Part shown: in pieces, positions 54,560-56,207 of the stretch
Layout of the letters: each line of letters begins with the position of its first letter
Position numbering within the stretch: position 1 is the stretch's first letter
Origin: an uncultured virus (IMG/VR IMGVR_UViG_3300044701_002219)
Lineage: Duplodnaviria; Heunggongvirae; Uroviricota; Caudoviricetes
Virus record (IMG/VR): IMGVR_UViG_3300044701_002219
DNA length: 56,207 nucleotides
Reading direction: 5' to 3' (one strand)
Notes under the pieces: model-generated
Database searches by the model: none
Seen by the model: only the letters and a program-made list of their open reading frames with translations
What the model was told of the DNA's origin: nothing
Made by a program: the position numbers and the translations under genes

Positions 54560-55165
54560 ATGGAACACAAGATTATAAACACAGGAGATTATCTGCTAAT
54601 AGTAGATGAATCAGAGATTAAAGAGGGTGATTGTTACTTATCCCCAAGCGGTATATGGTTTTATAATCATCTTAACCCAAACCATAATAAAAATTGTAAA
54701 AAGGTATTAGCCCACCTACCACTCAACAACTCACCAATACTTGAAGGTGTAGATTTATTACCACCACTTGAAGATGAGGTTGAGAAGCTTTTAAATGATG
54801 AGATAAATTATTGGTATCGTGAAACAGGAAGTTTAACATCTGAAAAAATAGTTAGAAGAGCTTTTTCAATAGGGTTAAAAGCCAAAGAAAAGTATAAGTA
54901 CACAGAGGAGGATATGATAGAGGCAATGTTGCAAATATCAGAATATTATGCCAACAATATTAATAAAGATGTGGATGGGCATAAGAAATCATTAGATATC
55001 ATCCAATCCCTCCAACAACCAAAGATGCCTGTCGGGTTTAAGTGTGAGATAAAGCAAAAATCAGTAAATGGTAGCATCCCTGTTAATCAAGAATGGGAAT
55101 ATGAACCTAAAACAACAACCAACCCACAAGGTCTTACTCAATGGGTAGGAGAATATATTTATTAA
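54560..55165 (+). CDS. Hypothetical protein
   Basis: 201 aa. Confidence 0.6.
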   Translation: MEHKIINTGDYLLIVDESEIKEGDCYLSPSGIWFYNHLNPNHNKNCKKVLAHLPLNNSPILEGVDLLPPLEDEVEKLLNDEINYWYRETGSLTSEKIVRRAFSIGLKAKEKYKYTEEDMIEAMLQISEYYANNINKDVDGHKKSLDIIQSLQQPKMPVGFKCEIKQKSVNGSIPVNQEWEYEPKTTTNPQGLTQWVGEYIY

Positions 55166-55184
55166 CTATTAAAACTTAGAAATC

Positions 55185-55736
55185 ATAGGACAATATTACA
55201 TAGCAGTAAATGTGGAGGACATGGAACATGTAGAACCTCACACGTATAATAATGGTGCTAAACTAATGGAGCACAGTTACATAGGTAACAACTTTGTAGA
55301 AGCTGTAGAGTTTCTACTACTAGAAGGTGGTCGCTGGCACAAGAAGCCTGTAGTATGGGCAGGTGAATATGCTGAAGAAGAAGGTTTTTTTAACTTATAC
55401 AATACGTGTAAAGGTGATGGTCTACAGATGCTTATAGAAGCAGTACCACAAGATCATTACTTCTTAGTAAACTATGATAATGAAGAATATGTAGATAAGA
55501 GAAAGTGTCCTAAGATAGGATTTCTACCGGGGCAAAAAGCTGGTGATGACCACTGGCAGATACATCCTCTACCTATTCTAGTATCAGAAGGTAATAAGTT
55601 TAGAGGTGGTGGTGACTACTACCCTACATCTGAAGAACAAGAAAGATTTGTAGGATCCTGGGCAAGATGTAGAATAGGACTAGTAAAAGAAGTACCTGAA
55701 GGTTTTAAAGAAATAGTACCAAACTTTAATGAATAA
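55185..55736 (+). CDS. Hypothetical protein (GQYY..KLMEHSY family), probable ATA start
   Basis: In-frame ATA-GGA-CAA-TAT-TAC lies 27 nt upstream of the ORF-track GTG. Confidence 0.6.
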   Translation: MGQYYIAVNVEDMEHVEPHTYNNGAKLMEHSYIGNNFVEAVEFLLLEGGRWHKKPVVWAGEYAEEEGFFNLYNTCKGDGLQMLIEAVPQDHYFLVNYDNEEYVDKRKCPKIGFLPGQKAGDDHWQIHPLPILVSEGNKFRGGGDYYPTSEEQERFVGSWARCRIGLVKEVPEGFKEIVPNFNE

Positions 55737-55741
55737 CAAAT

Positions 55742-56053
55742 ATGAGATACATAACAACAACAGTAGATGTAGATATAGACTATGATGATATAGATGATGA
55801 TCAGCTATTAGACATTGTAGAAGATAGGGTAAAGACCTATAAGAAAGATATAGATAAGTACCCCCATGTAGCAGCCTCTAATACTAAAAAGCTAGATAAG
55901 TTTATATCTGATATCAGAGAAACAGTAGGACTACCTAGCAAATCAAGTGAAGGTAGTACTCTCCTAGATGAGATGTATGAGGATGCTTTTAAAAAGATCC
56001 GGGATAAGTTCTCTATAGATGAGGTAGAAGCATTTTTAAAAAGTAAACTATGA
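55742..56053 (+). CDS. Hypothetical protein
   Basis: 103 aa, acidic N-terminus. Confidence 0.6.
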   Translation: MRYITTTVDVDIDYDDIDDDQLLDIVEDRVKTYKKDIDKYPHVAASNTKKLDKFISDIRETVGLPSKSSEGSTLLDEMYEDAFKKIRDKFSIDEVEAFLKSKL

Positions 56054-56207
56054 CACCAAAAGAAAAAGCAAAGCAGCTTATAGATAAGTTTGAATCACAT
56101 TCTTTCATGGATATAGACATGAGAATAAGCTCTTATGAGTCAGCTAAACAATGTGCTTTGATAGCAGTAGATGAACTTATAGTAAGTGTAAGTGATGATA
56201 ATGTATA
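56050..56207 (+). CDS. Hypothetical protein, partial (MTPKEKAKQL..AKQCALIAVDE)
   Basis: ATGA overlap with the previous stop. Open to the window end. Confidence 0.6.
   Translation, partial: MTPKEKAKQLIDKFESHSFMDIDMRISSYESAKQCALIAVDELIVSVSDDNV

Noticed and set aside
1..56207. Stop-codon reassignment (TAG/TGA), known in some crAss-like phages
   Set aside because: Core genes are full-length in code 11, TAG and TGA end several genes at sensible places, and no suppressor tRNA is seen.

Overview
This 56 kb window is part of a crAss-like (Crassvirales-type) podophage genome. The host is probably a Bacteroidota species, judging from TAnnTTTG promoters, SD-less A-rich translation starts and a Bacteroidota-type ClpS. 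The left arm (1-37813, minus strand) is the late module: tail nozzle and ring proteins, Cys-rich fibre-like proteins, a ferritin, eight tandem tiny Lys-rich genes, major capsid, scaffold, portal, TerL, a PD-(D/E)xK nuclease, two HU/IHF-like proteins, holin-like genes, an amidase endolysin and modular fibre proteins. The right arm (37892-56207, plus strand) opens with monocistronic early-type cassettes, each preceded by an AACCCCCTT(T/C)TT motif and most followed by a terminator. An RNA-rich island follows (43.3-44.4 kb): a twister-like fold, a clear hammerhead ribozyme and two GGAT(G/A)C..CAGCA stem elements. It lies just upstream of PcfJ-like and TROVE/vWA (Ro60-like) genes. Further on are an HNH nuclease, an SF2 helicase, ClpS, two Leu-type tRNA mimics lacking a canonical anticodon arm and a pseudoknotted ncRNA candidate. 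The most promising novel system is this RNA module (ribozyme-flanked cassette, structured RNAs, Ro60-like protein), together with the Leu-tRNA mimic next to ClpS. All protein calls come from motif recognition and synteny, not database searches.
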